64,000 bases of DNA from Lytechinus pictus (lineage: Eukaryota), in NCBI RefSeq assembly GCF_037042905.1, contig NC_087258.1, forward strand, positions 558,001-622,000. The letters run 5' to 3'. The position numbers were made by a program, and so were the translations under genes. Below the pieces are notes generated by a model. It searched no databases. It was not told where the DNA came from and saw only the letters and a program-made list of their open reading frames with translations. Shown here one piece after another: positions 13,752 to 26,529 of this stretch. How positions within the stretch are numbered: the stretch's first letter is position 1; every line of letters begins with the position of its first letter.

Positions 13752-13961
13752 TTACTTAGCTAAAGGAACATATCTGTCATCGTGATCATAAGTAGATGAT
13801 CTATAGTCATTGAGATCGTACGACTCGATGTCGTTGATGTACGATTCCTTCCCTCTGATATTACGAGCACTGTTCAGCCTTCGAGCCTCCTGACCATCGA
13901 CCACAGGATGAGCATAAAAGATTTCCTCGTCTTTCTCACGATGATGCCATGGTATAATATC
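13752..13961 (-). CDS. Gene D terminal exon: Tyr-rich cytoplasmic tail
   Basis: ttactcag acceptor; DIIPWHHREKDEEIFYAHP...ESYINDIESYDLNDYRSSTYDHDDRYVPLAK-TAA; the early PW matches the gene C tail. Confidence 0.72.
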   Translation of the reverse strand, partial: DIIPWHHREKDEEIFYAHPVVDGQEARRLNSARNIRGKESYINDIESYDLNDYRSSTYDHDDRYVPLAK

Positions 13962-15212
13962 CTGAGTAACCAGAACAAAATAGTAGTAAAAGTCGGGATA
14001 TATAATGAGGGAGGGGGGGGGGGCAGAGAGAAAGAGAGAGGGGGCGGGTTAAGAAAAGGATATCCGGGAAAGGGGGCGTGGAGAGTGATGGCGGTATCTC
14101 TCAACATGGCCTGCTCCCCACTCGTGTCAAACACGAGTAAGAAGCGCATCTTTCATGGCGAAATATGTCAACGTAAATTGTACACGAAAGAAATCCACAC
14201 TTTCTTATAGCTAAGTTTAGTTATGTCAACTAGAAATCCCTAATCCTAAGTGGAGTATACAGTGAAAATAGACTAATAAGATAACCGACCAATATATATC
14301 CTGATCTAAAACAAACCAACAAACCAAACGAGTTTGCACTACACAACCAGATTACCTCAGATTGCTCATTAAAACATTGATTTTGAATGATAATGTGGTT
14401 AATGAAGAAGAGTTAGATTGCACATATAAATGGCGTGACGAGTGAGACGCGCTAAAATTAAATAGTTGCTGAGGAACAAAGCAAACCGTTTCCAAAAGAC
14501 GTCTTGGCTGCCTGAAACGGTACACATTCGACGCTTTTTTTTTGCGGACGCTGATGGGTAGCATACCATGTGGAGAAAGAGATTCATAACGCCGTTCAGA
14601 AAAAAAGAAAAGACTCGTCAAGAGATCTCTGGGGCATACTTATTAAAAATAGTGTTAACTTTCAGGCTAGTAGGTACGTAGGTGAATGAATATTCACCTG
14701 TCCCTCGACTCCCTCGTCAGTTGTGACGCCTACGTCCTGCTTCGGGCCGGGTCTCCTTCCACTGGTTACGTTTGTTGGCCTTCGACTACATCTATCGACT
14801 ATGTTGCTTCCGCAAACCAGGATCACGCAAGCCGCTAGGAGTAACGCCCCCGTACATGATCCAACGACAATGGTTATCAACTTCCAATTATCTAGAGAAG
14901 GCAGGAGAATGAAGACGAAAAAAAAAATAGATTAGCTTTTCCACTAATAATAACCGAAGTAGTTGCAATGAAAAGGAGGATAATGTGAAATTTGCAAATA
15001 ATAACATTTCTATCTATATACATGTAAATAATTCCATATGATCAATAAATAATTATCAAAATACTGGCGTTTGCGGGGTGTATGACGATGGGGGTCTGTT
15101 TAAATATGCGGGGCAACAAAATTAAACAAGCATATATCTGAGGACAAATGTATGCTCTCGTTACACAAGCAATGTCGAGTGATGAATTGATAATTTAAAT
15201 GCAGAATTCCGT

Positions 15213-15250
<38 letters not shown>

Positions 15251-18200
15251 GGATTCGGGGATAGTATAATACATTTTCATATTGTATTTCGGTTCCATGA
15301 TATTTGCTCCGGCGACAATCTCTCCGATGGAAAATATGCACGTTGAGCCATGCATGAAATCTTAAACCTCCGAGACTAAATAGACTCTTATCTTTACATT
15401 TTTCTAAAAATAAAATAAATAAACCCTCTATCACAATCCTAACTATAACCCTATACACCCTCTGAGAAGACCATGGGAGCGTTTCATCAAATGACTTGTC
15501 AGACGTTTTATCCGACAAGTCCCATTTTATCCGACAGTTACCATAGTAACAGTGCTTCTCAGCCAATCAAAATCCAGAAAAGTTGTCAGATCTGACAACT
15601 TGTCGGACAAAAATGTTGATGAAACGCCCCCCCCCCCTGATCAAATGTCCCAGGAGCAAATGTCGTGTCATATGTATTACAAATGTTGAATATGCACACA
15701 TTTTTAATGAGATTGTGATCTCTGTGGTATAATCGAATAATTATGTAGTCATACAATACAACATTTAGTATTTCAAGAAGGTGAAAAAAGCTTACATGCT
15801 GCACAGTTTCTACCGTCATAACCCTCGGGTGAATTATCAGCGTAACCATCCCAGCATTGACACGTAAATGATTTCTCAGCTAGATCTTTACAATCAGCGT
15901 GATGGGAGCAGTCGTCTAAGCCAAGTTTACATTCATCAGTGGCTGCAAATCAATTTGAAAGATTAAAATAGTTTAGTATGTCCAAAGCACGACGGCGGTG
16001 ATGGAGTTAGGGTACACAAAAAGTCAGATTCAGAATCAACATATTAGTATCAGAATCAGTTTTCTTAATCAAAGTTGCTGATTTAGGGGAAGAATGACAT
16101 AAGATCGTCTTCATAATCCGAATCCGATTCGGAACCTTATTAATCAAAACCACTATCACCCTAAGCGGTAATAGAATACTATTTCAAAATTAAGTGAGAG
16201 TCAGCGTCGCATCCAGAGTTGGAGACGGATCTACAATACTAAATTAAACAAGTTATACCATTTTAAGCAACAAAAAAAAAACATGATAAAAAACATACAG
16301 GCCCTGGGTGCCATATCGATTCCGATTCATGGTCAGTGAAAGGAAAATGCAAAGCGAAGAAAGAGAATGCAAAAAACAAATAAATCTACTATATATATAC
16401 GATTTTTTAACTTACGTGTGACAGACGTTTCGTTTGGATTAATTGTGAAATTAGAATTGGTAACTTGAAAGAGATCAGCCGTCATTACAGCATCGAGAAT
16501 ACTCTGCATCTCTACTCCTGTTGTATTAGTGAATCCCAGTCTGATATCAGCTATGATGCTCCCTGCACTAAAGCTAATAGCCGAACAGGATTTAAACCCA
16601 CTAACAATATCATCCAGTAATGCCGTTACCTGAAAGGCAAATGAAAAGGAATATTTTGAAAAATAAGTGAATTGAATAAAAAGAAAATGATATGGTTAAT
16701 CCAAGCCTGGGTTAATCTGACGAAGATGAACGCAAAATATTGATGGTACTTTAGGGGCGTAATCAGTCGACAATTTTGAGAGGGCGAAATATGGCGTATC
16801 GGAAAAAAAAATCATACAAGTTGCGAGAGGGCAACGCGATCGAGCAAAATGGTTTAACATTTTTATTACAAAAATCAAATTTTTTGATAGATTTTGATAT
16901 AATATTCATAAAATTATATCAAATTTCACCCTTCTCCCTTTCCTTTTTTTTTTTTACCTCGCTAGCGAGAAATGGGGTGGGGTGGGGAAAGAGCCCAAAA
17001 GACCCCTATCTGTACGCCACCGATCGATACTGGTGATGATGATGATGATGAAGAAGAAGATGAGGATGAAGGATGATGATGATGGATGATGATGATGGAA
17101 ACGATCATGATTTTCGTTCTTGTTATTGATGACGTGATCATGATTTTCCAATATAGGGGGCATTTTTTGTCCGAAAATTCTGACAAGATTAAAGAAAGGT
17201 CTTCACTACTTTTGCGTATGTATGACATTTTCCACTATATATATTTCTATATTTGATTTATTGTGTATATTGCTCTCAAGGATTCGCTACTGGTTGTGGT
17301 GGTACTGGTGATGAAGATGGTGTTACTGATGATGACTAGGAGAAAAGCAAAAAACATCAGAGAAGGAGCGAGAGCTGCATGGGACAGCATAAATGATGAC
17401 AAAACGATTAAACATAAAATTTTTCATGTATTAATATATAGATCAATTTCGAAGGGGGTGTAGGAGCTTTGGACAAATACTGGGAGGGCACTTACATTAT
17501 ACGAGCTGATGGAATTCTAAATGGTAAACAATTGTTCTGCAACTTCTACTTCAATGAAGTACTCGGGAATTCAATATTTGAATAAATCGAATGAAACCTT
17601 TTCCAGCTTACCGCCGTGCAAACAGTCAACTGCAATGTATTGAAAGCATCACTCCCAGTCGATTGAAGTTCGCTTGTAAAAATAGCAGTATCACCATCAA
17701 TCTCTAGTATGGTCATACTTATAGTGTAGTATGTTGTAGCTGAAACATGAATTATTTAAACAAAATATTAAGATAAGAAACTACCATTGCCACTGTGTTA
17801 TCATAACCAACGAAACTTGAAGAACATTTGATATCCAGGTAAACTGGACGCGGAGTGACATATCGGTTCAATAGAAATACTTGTTTGAAAAAAAAACCCA
17901 CCCCCGGAAAAAGTGGTGATATTCAGTCCCTACAACTTTTTAATTTACCGACAGTAAATGCATTTATTACAGAAACCCATCTAATGCCTATACTAAGTAT
18001 ACGAACGGTATTATTATTTTAATATTATGAACATACGGAATCGTCAGCACTCCACCAATTCTGCCTCCCCGTGGAAAAAAACGCTGTATCTACATTTTGC
18101 ACAGGTTAAGAATAAAGCATTTAATTTTTTTTTTTCAAAGCCGCTCAAAAGTATTTAATTTCTCGGTACTATTTTATCATCAAATTGTGCCTATTTCAGG

Positions 18201-21200
18201 CCACTCCAAAAAAATATTGTTGTTAAAAAAAAAATGAAGAAATGCTTTGGGGAAAGTCGAAGTGGATGCTCGGTTTCCCCATGGAAAAACATGAAAAACG
18301 CAGTATCTAAAGATTGAAAATCTGAAAAATTGAAATAAAAGAGAATTCCATTCAGATTATTTTCGTTTAGTCATTCTATATTTCTTCAATACTATGGAAT
18401 AATATATCAATATGTAATTCAAGGTAAAATAATATCTTAGAAACACAAAGGGCGCCTTCTACAAACAAAGGCGTCCTCTGTGGCAAAGTCCCTCAAAGTG
18501 GTAAAAAATTACACAAAACATTCATGTAAAGTTTGTAATTAATAATTTTCCTAATATAAGTTGCTGTGTATATATATTTTAACTCTGCGTTTTTACTTAG
18601 ATTTCAATGTAATACTACATAGAAAAAAACCGGGGCGACCTCTAAAAAATATGGCCCCCAGCCTCTGTAGTAAAATTCCAACCTTCAAGAGAAAATTTTC
18701 ATGAAGTCTGGGACTATACCACAGAGGGCGCCCTTGTAGGAAGATGGCGCCCTTCATGTTTCTAAGCTATTATTTCCCCTTAAATCACATATTGATACAA
18801 CATTTTTTTGGTAGTAAAGCAATATCGACTGAGTAAGTTATGATAAAAGTGAATTCAAATAACATGCTCTTCATTTGTAGATACTGTGTATATCCATGGG
18901 GAAACTGAGCATTCCCTTCAAATCTACAATTACGTCAATACCTAAAAATACAACAACAACAACAACATCATTTGTTCGGATTTTGGGGCCCTAAAATAGG
19001 CGCATATATAATGCACAATATGATGATAAAGGAACACTTGAAAAATAAAATAGTTTCTAGCGGCTTTGAAATAATAAAATAAAAATGCTCAATATCTCAG
19101 TGTAGATACTGCATTTTGCAGTACTGAAAAGTGGCTTTCCCAAAAGAATTTCTGAAAACTGGATGTGTCATCCGCAAAGGAATGGTATACTAACTACTTT
19201 TTTTGAAAAAAAAGCGAACATTGAAAATCATGTCCGATACTGCGTTTTTCTGATGGGGAGGGGGGGGGGGGCAGAATACACATACTTTACATACTTTACA
19301 CCTGTAGCCATATACACGTACTTTTACCTTGTCTATTATGATTTATGTAGGCCTACCCTTTTCTTAGGAAAAAAAATAGAGAATAACATGATAAAGAAAA
19401 CATTGGAATTGAGAAATCTTCATGATAATGACATGAACTTTTTCCAAGAAAAGCAAAAGAAAAAAAAAAGTTTTTTATTTATTTATTCATATTTTTAATA
19501 ATTAAATAATTTTTACCCGACAAATGGAAATAATAATACATGCTCACGTTCACAAGTCGATTCTCCATACGGTCTTTCGGAACCTTCTCGGCATATACAT
19601 GTTGTATCTACACAAATCTCTCTATCTACTTCACACTGACCATTGCAAGGATCTTCCACAGCTAAGGGTGGAAATGTTGAGAAAAATGAGAGAACATCAA
19701 AAAGCTGATAATGATAATAGAAATAACAATGTTTATAGATACCTCAATGGCACCATGATCCACTTATAATTTTAATGATAACTCAGACTTCAAGTCTGGG
19801 TAAAACTTTGTTACGATTGTGTTTACTTATACGTATGCAACGTTCTTCTAAAGTTTTCATTTGTACCAAGTAAGAATATTACTCACGAGAAGTAGTTTTC
19901 ATTGGAGTCACTTTTGCCTCAGTAGGCATTTGGCCTGTGGACGTTTTGCTTGGTTCCGTTACGGCATTGGTTGTAATGATTGTGAGGTCTCTTGTAGTAG
20001 CATCTTCTGTCACGTCTGTCACAGTTGTCAGTCCCTCGTTTGGTTCCTGGCTAACTTCATCAGAAATACCCATAGACACGGTTTTTATCATTGCTGTGGA
20101 TATTTCTTCTATCGGTGCTTTTGTACCTTCCGGTTGATCCGTGGTCATGATATCCTCTGTTAACATTGGTGTGAATGTTCCTGCAGATGAGGATGTGCTC
20201 AATGGATCCGATGATATTGATGTGCCTAATTCAGAAGTCATTGCTTGCATTGTTGTCACGCTAGTCTCTGAACTCGAAATAGTATTTGTTGATAGTTCTT
20301 CTGTAGATATTGTGGAACCATCTGTATGGCCTCCAGAAGTTATTTTGTATGCATTCGTAGCCTGGCTAGTCCAATCTGAAAGTGTGCTGGATGTGACAAG
20401 AGTTCCTGTCGACACGGTGATATGTTGTTCGGTTTTTGTTTGCTCGGATCCCAACGTTCCCGTGGTTGGAATATGGGTTTCATCGAGATTTGCTGAGGCG
20501 GATGTTGAAATAGTCTCTGTCGGTAAGATATCCACGGTTGGTGCAAATGTTTGTCCACTTTGTTGATCTGTTCCTTGTGTTAGAGTACCATCAGTCTGTG
20601 TACCTGAAGTATATCCTGTTGTTTGGATGCCTTCAGTCGAGATTGTCGCTTCACCTGTGATGTCAGTAGTTAAATCAGTAGCACCAATTAGCGTGATGCC
20701 TTCGGTTTGGAGAGTAGCTGATGAAACAATGTTATCCTCAGTTGGTTCATTTAGAGCATCAGTTACAGTACTCCTGCCGGTTTGTTCAGTAAGCACGGAA
20801 GCAGTTGTAACTTTTATTGGATTTGTAATGATGACTGCACTACTAGCTGTCACACCGACAACTGTACTGCTGCTGTCAGTTCGATCCAGGAAATCATTTG
20901 TAGTACTGCGTTCAGAACGATCTGTTGTTGCAGAAAATGCACTGACCGTCGTCATCAGCGATGTAGATTCTGAAACAATTGTGCTGTCAGTTTCATGTGT
21001 AAAAACAGTGCTGCCTTCAGTTAATTCCAAGGTAGGTGAGCCAGGGGTATCTTCCGTGGTCTGTCCGGAAATGGCAGTCATCGGTTCAGTTGTCGTTTTA
21101 ATCTCACTAACATAGGTTGTTAATAACAGTATGGATGTTAACAAATCCGAAATGGGGGCCACATCTGTTGGTGTTAGAGATTCTGCTGTTGTTGGATTTT

Positions 21201-23247
21201 CGGTAGAGCTTGACCTTCCTGATACTGGTTCCGTTTCTGCAATAGCAGTTGTAGTAACATATGTGGTGCCATCATGGGATGTTGCGACAGCTGATAAAGG
21301 ATTACTGGTTGCTGATCGCGAAGTTGTAGCTATTGTCTGTCGGCTGGTTGTTGGTGGTACTGTCCGAATTCCTACATGACAATTTATAAGAGAGATTGAA
21401 AGAGAGAGATAAATGAGATAGATAGATATATAGATAGATCGATGAACTCTTATGAAACTTGATCTGAATCAGACCCAGACTAGTATAGTTTTTAGATTAA
21501 TTCATTGAACATGGTCATCCCATAATACTCTTTGTGTATACATAATAATGTTAATGTTAAGTATCTTACCAGAACAAGACGGGTTAGCTGAGGTTGGTGG
21601 TGGATTCCAGACGCCATTTTCACAAAATGCCTGATTTGGACCAAGCAAGTCATTAGTTCCATCGACACACTCATACGTCACACCGGAGCCGTGTTCATAA
21701 CTATCCTGATCTGGGTCGTATGTGACGTCATGATATACTCCTGGTCGCTCGCAGTTACCTTTAAGAAAATGGACAGGGAAAGTGAGAGGGGGATAGAGAG
21801 AGTGAGAGTGTGCGAGAGGGGATGGGAGAGAGAGAGAAAGAAAGACGGAAAGAGAGAAGGTTGAGACGCGATTAGAATAGTTAAAACCAGAATAATATAT
21901 TGTAACCTAATATTAGGCAGACATTATTCGATTGACATTCAACTGGGAATAGAGGTTCCCTATTCATGACAAAAATTCACAAAAAAAATAATGAATCGGA
22001 AGAGAGGGCGGATCACCTCAACTAAATCAGTATTGGTAAGTGGAGACCTTCTTCAATTCATCCTCAACTTTTCTTGTTTCATGCTGGCAAATTATCTCTC
22101 AAAATACAAATTACCTAAAACCAAAACAAAACAGGGATGTACATGGAAGAGTGAAAATGAGAGATGCCTTAAGATTGAGAAAAAACAAAACAAAACAAAA
22201 CACAAATAAAAGAAAGTAATAAACAAGGGGAAAAACAAAAAATACAGTAATAAATGAATATGTGTGTACTGCGAATGAAGCATGGGGATATCGCTGTCAT
22301 GTCCGAATACTTCATGTTATTTATATACTCACTGTAACAGATGAGTGGAGATGGCTCCCAGGCTCCGTTCATACACAAACTAGTAGGTGATCCAGCTCCC
22401 GATGAACCGGGTTCACACGTCATTTCTATGGTTGTGAACTCCTCATACTCGGTATAATCGGGAATAAAGTTAGTAGACGCATACTGGTCTTCTGAAGGTT
22501 TCTGGCACACTACAAGACAAATTATTATAATATACATTGATAACCCTTGTTCGGGGACTATAGCAGTCCGTTTCAATGTCAGAAAAAATTGTTAACAATA
22601 TTCACTGTAAAAAAATGAAGCGCTAATTTAGCACTTACACTGCTTGCATAGTGACTGCACTACGAGTGCTGATTTTCTTGTTCAAATTTAAACTAGAAAA
22701 TCAGCACTCGTAGTGCAGTCACTATACAAGCACTGTAATTGCTAAATTAGCACTACATTTTTTACAGTGTAACTTCTTTAGTATAATGTTTTTGTATGTC
22801 CAATCTGTACTNNNNNNNNNNNNNNNNNNNNNNNNNNNNNNNNNNNNNNNNNNNNNNNNNNNNNNNNNNNNNNNNNNNNNNNNNNNNNNNNNNNNNNNNN
22901 NNNNNNNNNNNNNNNNNNNNNNNNNNNNNNNNNNNNNNNNNNNNNNNNNNNNNNNNNNNNNNNNNNTACTTCTGATACGGTCGTCATTGTTTTTATATCA
23001 TTATCACCATCACCACAACTACCACAATCATCATCACCATCATCATCACCACCACCATTCTTGTTATTAGAAATATAATGTTATTCTTATCCTTTTCAAA
23101 ACCTCATTAAGATTTAATAAAAACAACAATTATCATAAAATGCCATTCATTCATTCTGGTACCTGAATAGACTCCAGATGGCCGATGTAAGATAATGATT
23201 CCAAGGACCATGATAGCTGCACGTTTTCTCCACCCGAGATGTGTCAT
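13752..23247 (-). CDS. Gene D: membrane mucin, SP-CCP-CCP-Thr-rich stalk-EGF-SEA-EGF-TM-Tyr-rich tail; about 980 aa
   Basis: Exons 23247-23163, 22509-22333, 21758-21570, 21371-19887, 19661-19548, 17739-17612, 16629-16416, 15942-15796, 14891-14698, 13961-13752. All GT-AG and phase-compatible. Confidence 0.85.
14698..14891 (-). CDS. Gene D exon: TM helix
   Basis: WKLITIVVGSCTGALLLAACVILVCG; phase 1-0; CAG/gtgaat donor. Confidence 0.87.
15290..15670. mobile_element. CGGTTCCATGA-ended repeat carrying a nested MITE (15475-15631)
   Basis: TTTGCTCCGG / GGAGCAAATGTC subrepeats on both sides of the MITE. Confidence 0.65.
15796..15942 (-). CDS. Gene D exon: calcium-binding-type EGF domain
   Basis: TDECKLGLDDCSHHADCKDLAEKSFTCQCWDGYADNSPEGYDGRNCAA; paralogous to the gene A EGF exon. 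Confidence 0.88.
16416..16629 (-). CDS. Gene D exon: SEA second half with FSAGSII motif
   Basis: 214 nt, phase 0-1. Confidence 0.85.
17612..17739 (-). CDS. Gene D exon: SEA first half
   Basis: TTYYTISMTILEIDGDTAIFTSELQSTGSDAFNTLQLTVCTA; 128 nt. Confidence 0.85.
18068..19259. mobile_element. Degenerate foldback/palindromic element in a gene D intron
   Basis: Nested inverted matches, e.g. GCTCGGTTTCCCCATGGA (about 18268) / TCCATGGGGAAACTGAGC (about 18893) and CTTAGAAACACAAAGGGCGCC / GGCGCCCTTCATGTTTCTAAG. Confidence 0.7.
19548..19661 (-). CDS. Gene D exon: short EGF-like domain
   Basis: DPCNGQCEVDREICVDTTCICREGSERPYGESTCE; 6 Cys with CxC; 114 nt. Confidence 0.8.
19887..21371 (-). CDS. Gene D exon: 495-codon Thr/Ser-rich mucin stalk
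   Basis: ORF 19879-21162 extends to acceptor catgtag at 21372; donor gtgagt at 19886. Confidence 0.9.
21570..21758 (-). CDS. Gene D exon: CCP2
   Basis: NCERP...YEHGSGVTYECVDGTNDLLGPNQAFCENGVWNPPPTSANPSCS; 189 nt. Confidence 0.87.
22333..22509 (-). CDS. Gene D exon: CCP1
   Basis: CQKP...YEEFTTIEMTCEPGSSGAGSPTSLCMNGAWEPSPLICY; 177 nt. Confidence 0.87.
22603..22769. mobile_element. Palindromic CACTG-ended MITE (EnSpm/CMC-like)
   Basis: CACTGTAAAAAA...TTTTTTACAGTG; almost fully self-complementary. Confidence 0.8.
22812..22966. other. N run (gap or masked microsatellite)
   Basis: Ns flanked by TACT. Confidence 0.95.
23163..23247 (-). CDS. Gene D exon: signal peptide
   Basis: MTHLGWRKRAAIMVLGIIILHRPSGVYS with n, h and c regions; CAG/gtacca donor, phase 1; acceptor catcgcag at 23277-23278. 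Confidence 0.62.
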
Positions 23248-24458
23248 ATTCAATGAGCTATATTTTGAACCTCACGCTGCGATGAATAAAGAAGTTGCCT
23301 TAAGTCGAATTGTCATTTTGCCTATTTAGCAACATTTCGGATTTTTTTTACAGGATTTAGTTGGAATATGCCACTAAAACATGGGGAAAATCGAGCCTAC
23401 TCGTATATATTGTTCCCTCGAATACCCCCGGCAGTCAAGGGGTATTCGTATTGGCACAGTAAGAGTTAAAGGAATGCGAGAAGAAAATCAGCTATTCTCA
23501 GTTTAATGAAGTTAAATATAAAATCCCCTTTCACCGTTGCGTACTTCGCATCTAATCAAACACAAATGTAGATCATCAGTATTTACATATTCATCGAGAA
23601 ACCTGTGTTCTTTTGTATATTGGTATCATCACCTTTTATCAAAACAATGATTTTACTTGTAATGTTTCACAAACATTGCCCATGTAAGATGTGTTCTTTA
23701 AAAGGTTTAGTATTGGTTTGATTCTTTAGAAATTTTTTACATTTTTTATGAAAAGTTGGAACAATCTCACAAAAGTATAAAAAAACAGTGTGAAAAACTA
23801 AACATCATTTTTTTTATGGAAGGAATTGAAAATACATGTATCAAGAGTCACCCACATAATGATTAAACATGCCAATCATTAATGCCTCATACATTTATAT
23901 TTATTCTAGCATTCTTCTTTAGACTTCTGAACCTTTTTTTCTTATTAAGTTCACCTTATACATGTTATACACAAATAACACACACTTTATTGCAGGAATT
24001 TAAAAGAAATCAAGGTGGACTTACCTAGGAATTAATCGAATTATGTATGTAGTTTTAATGCTAACGATTTTTTTTTATTCTGAAAGGATTTGAATTCAAA
24101 TCCCCCAGATTTAAAAATAAACTAAAGATTAAAACTAAATCCAGAATCCGATTGGTTCCTGTACAGTCAAACTGTAATTCAATAAAGCTGAATCTATTTA
24201 AACAGTGTTTTGAAGCGAAATATACTGCATTAATATGATTTTAAAACAAGATTACCATCTAAATTATCAAAGCACTTGATGTATTTATAATCACGCAAAT
24301 TACAAAAGAAAAACACCTTCAACTGCCAGTAGGCACTATGACTATTTATTTCGGTGACAGTATACGGGAAAATATAGGCTACATCAGTATATCTTGGAAT
24401 GTGATACTCGACTCAAAATCATGCAAATAATTTTGATAAAAACAATTCGTATACTTAC

Positions 24459-24513
24459 CGAGCACAGATATAAACCTGAAACACAGTGAAATGGTAATAA
24501 AATAACTAATCAT
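24459..24513 (-). other. Gene D upstream exon end (5'UTR/uORF or alternative signal-peptide exon)
   Basis: ATG at 24513 gives MISYFITISLCFRFISVL then a consensus G/gtaagt donor in phase 1. Confidence 0.45.
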
Positions 24514-26529
24514 GAAGACTCGCAGTAACAGTTTTACTATTTTTCTCTGCCTTACGTAACAAACAAAAATAATACAGCTCTTCTCGAAAAGCGTAATTGG
24601 AAAGGTATGTTATTACACACCCTTTAATTTGCGATCTGGTTTCGGACTATTAAAAACGAGTATTCAATATGACAGAGAAAAAATATGACGGATTACCAGA
24701 ACGCAAATATTAGAAAGAAAAGCACACCCAGAACGATATCGCTTTGCCTCTCGAAGTGTATGCAGATCATCAACAACGTTCATATCCAAGTACTTCCACC
24801 CAAATCGCAAACATAAGGTTATTTTATTAAAGATCAGAGTCGTAATATCCAATAGCAAAGCGGTCAAATAGTCTTCAACGACCCGTACCCGTTCATGTAG
24901 ACAAGGCGAATAAGTATACATTAATAACATTATTGAATTTAAACCCCGTTGCCAATATACACAAATATGTATAGATACCGACAAATGTCACTACTAAAAC
25001 ATTTGGCATAAAAGAGAAAGAATCGTGTTTTTTTTTCATTTAGCTTTTAATTCAAATTTTGCATTAGATGACATTGCAGCAGAAAATGTAAAAAAAAAAA
25101 GTAGCTATGCCAAAATAATACAGAGGACCAAATTAGTTTCTATTAAATCACTTCACATCATATTTGTGAACGAAATTAGGTTCTGTTATCTGTATTCATA
25201 GTATTTGTGGACCTGTGATGATATTGGAAGGTACAATTGGGTGGAATTGGTTATGTATGGTTTTTTTAATAAAGTCTTTAGACGAGGTTTTATTTCTGCT
25301 CATCTCCTTTTTTGCACAATGTTTAAAGGAACACAATCTACGATACTTCGCAACATTCGTATCATGTTTATTATTTTTGATATATTCACTTGGTGGTATT
25401 CTAAAAGTCATTGTTTGGTTAAACCTAGGATAACTTAGACCCATTTTTTTTAGAGTGCCAGTTGTCTACATATTAACCAATTGAATTTTTTATCCTACTC
25501 TTGTCAGTAACACCAGTAATTTATACACGATAAAAACATGTTCAGCAGCATCTGTCTTTACATCATTCACTTTACTTCAATTTAATTCATGGTTCTGTTA
25601 AGTACATATAAAATACATTTAAAAATAGCAATAATCCATGGACAATTTGGGAACAAATACAAAGTCAAGGTGATCACCACAGAAAACATACAAATAAACT
25701 AAATCGTATAAATCATTCAGTGATAAAAAAGTACTAACACGGAAGTAATGAAATAAGGAGAATGCGCTTTTACCTTCATTATGAGAAATATGTACATTTT
25801 AGGTAATCTGATATATATGATGTAATATGAAGTTATAGCATGTTACGAGTGATGCAGGCCTGATTAAACAAGGAAATATCGAAACTTCTATGTTTATATA
25901 GTTTTCAAGTATTTCACATTTGAGTTGTGAAAAGGGAATAAAAGGAAAATACAAAAATGTTGTGAATCTTAATTAATGGAATCAAAATGATTGTCACGAA
26001 TATGGAGGAAATAATTAAGTCCAGCCTTCCGTAGATGTGTGGTTTGAAATTCTAGTTTAGACTAGGGTTAAACCTAGGTTAAATTATCAAAATACCACCC
26101 TATGCATGTGTATAATGGAAAGAGCGTACAGAATGAGAAGAAATGTCTAGTATGTTGTCACATGACATGCTAATGAGCAATTAGGATGTCTGAACTGTCA
26201 TCCATTACTACACTAGAATTAAGTTAATTAAAGCCAAGGGTGGCGCAACAGAGGGAAGGAATGACAAGACTGAAAACCCTCTAAGAATCGGTTTTCCTTT
26301 TATGAAAAAAATAAATAAATGAAGAAAAAAAATGTTGGGGAAGAAATGGGAAGAAATGGGGGGGGGGGGGTTATAGCTTGAACATGCCCAAATCGTGTAA
26401 CTATATTTTAATTTCCCCTATATTATTCAAATTGCCAATTATTCAACATTTAGGCCGTCTTTCCCTTGAATTGTATTCCCTTACTATGCAGACAATGCCC
26501 ATAAGATGTAGACGCGATCATTTTTGCTC

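Noticed and set aside
24664-24984. 106-aa minus-strand ORF upstream of gene D
   Set aside because: No recognisable motif and no convincing acceptor.
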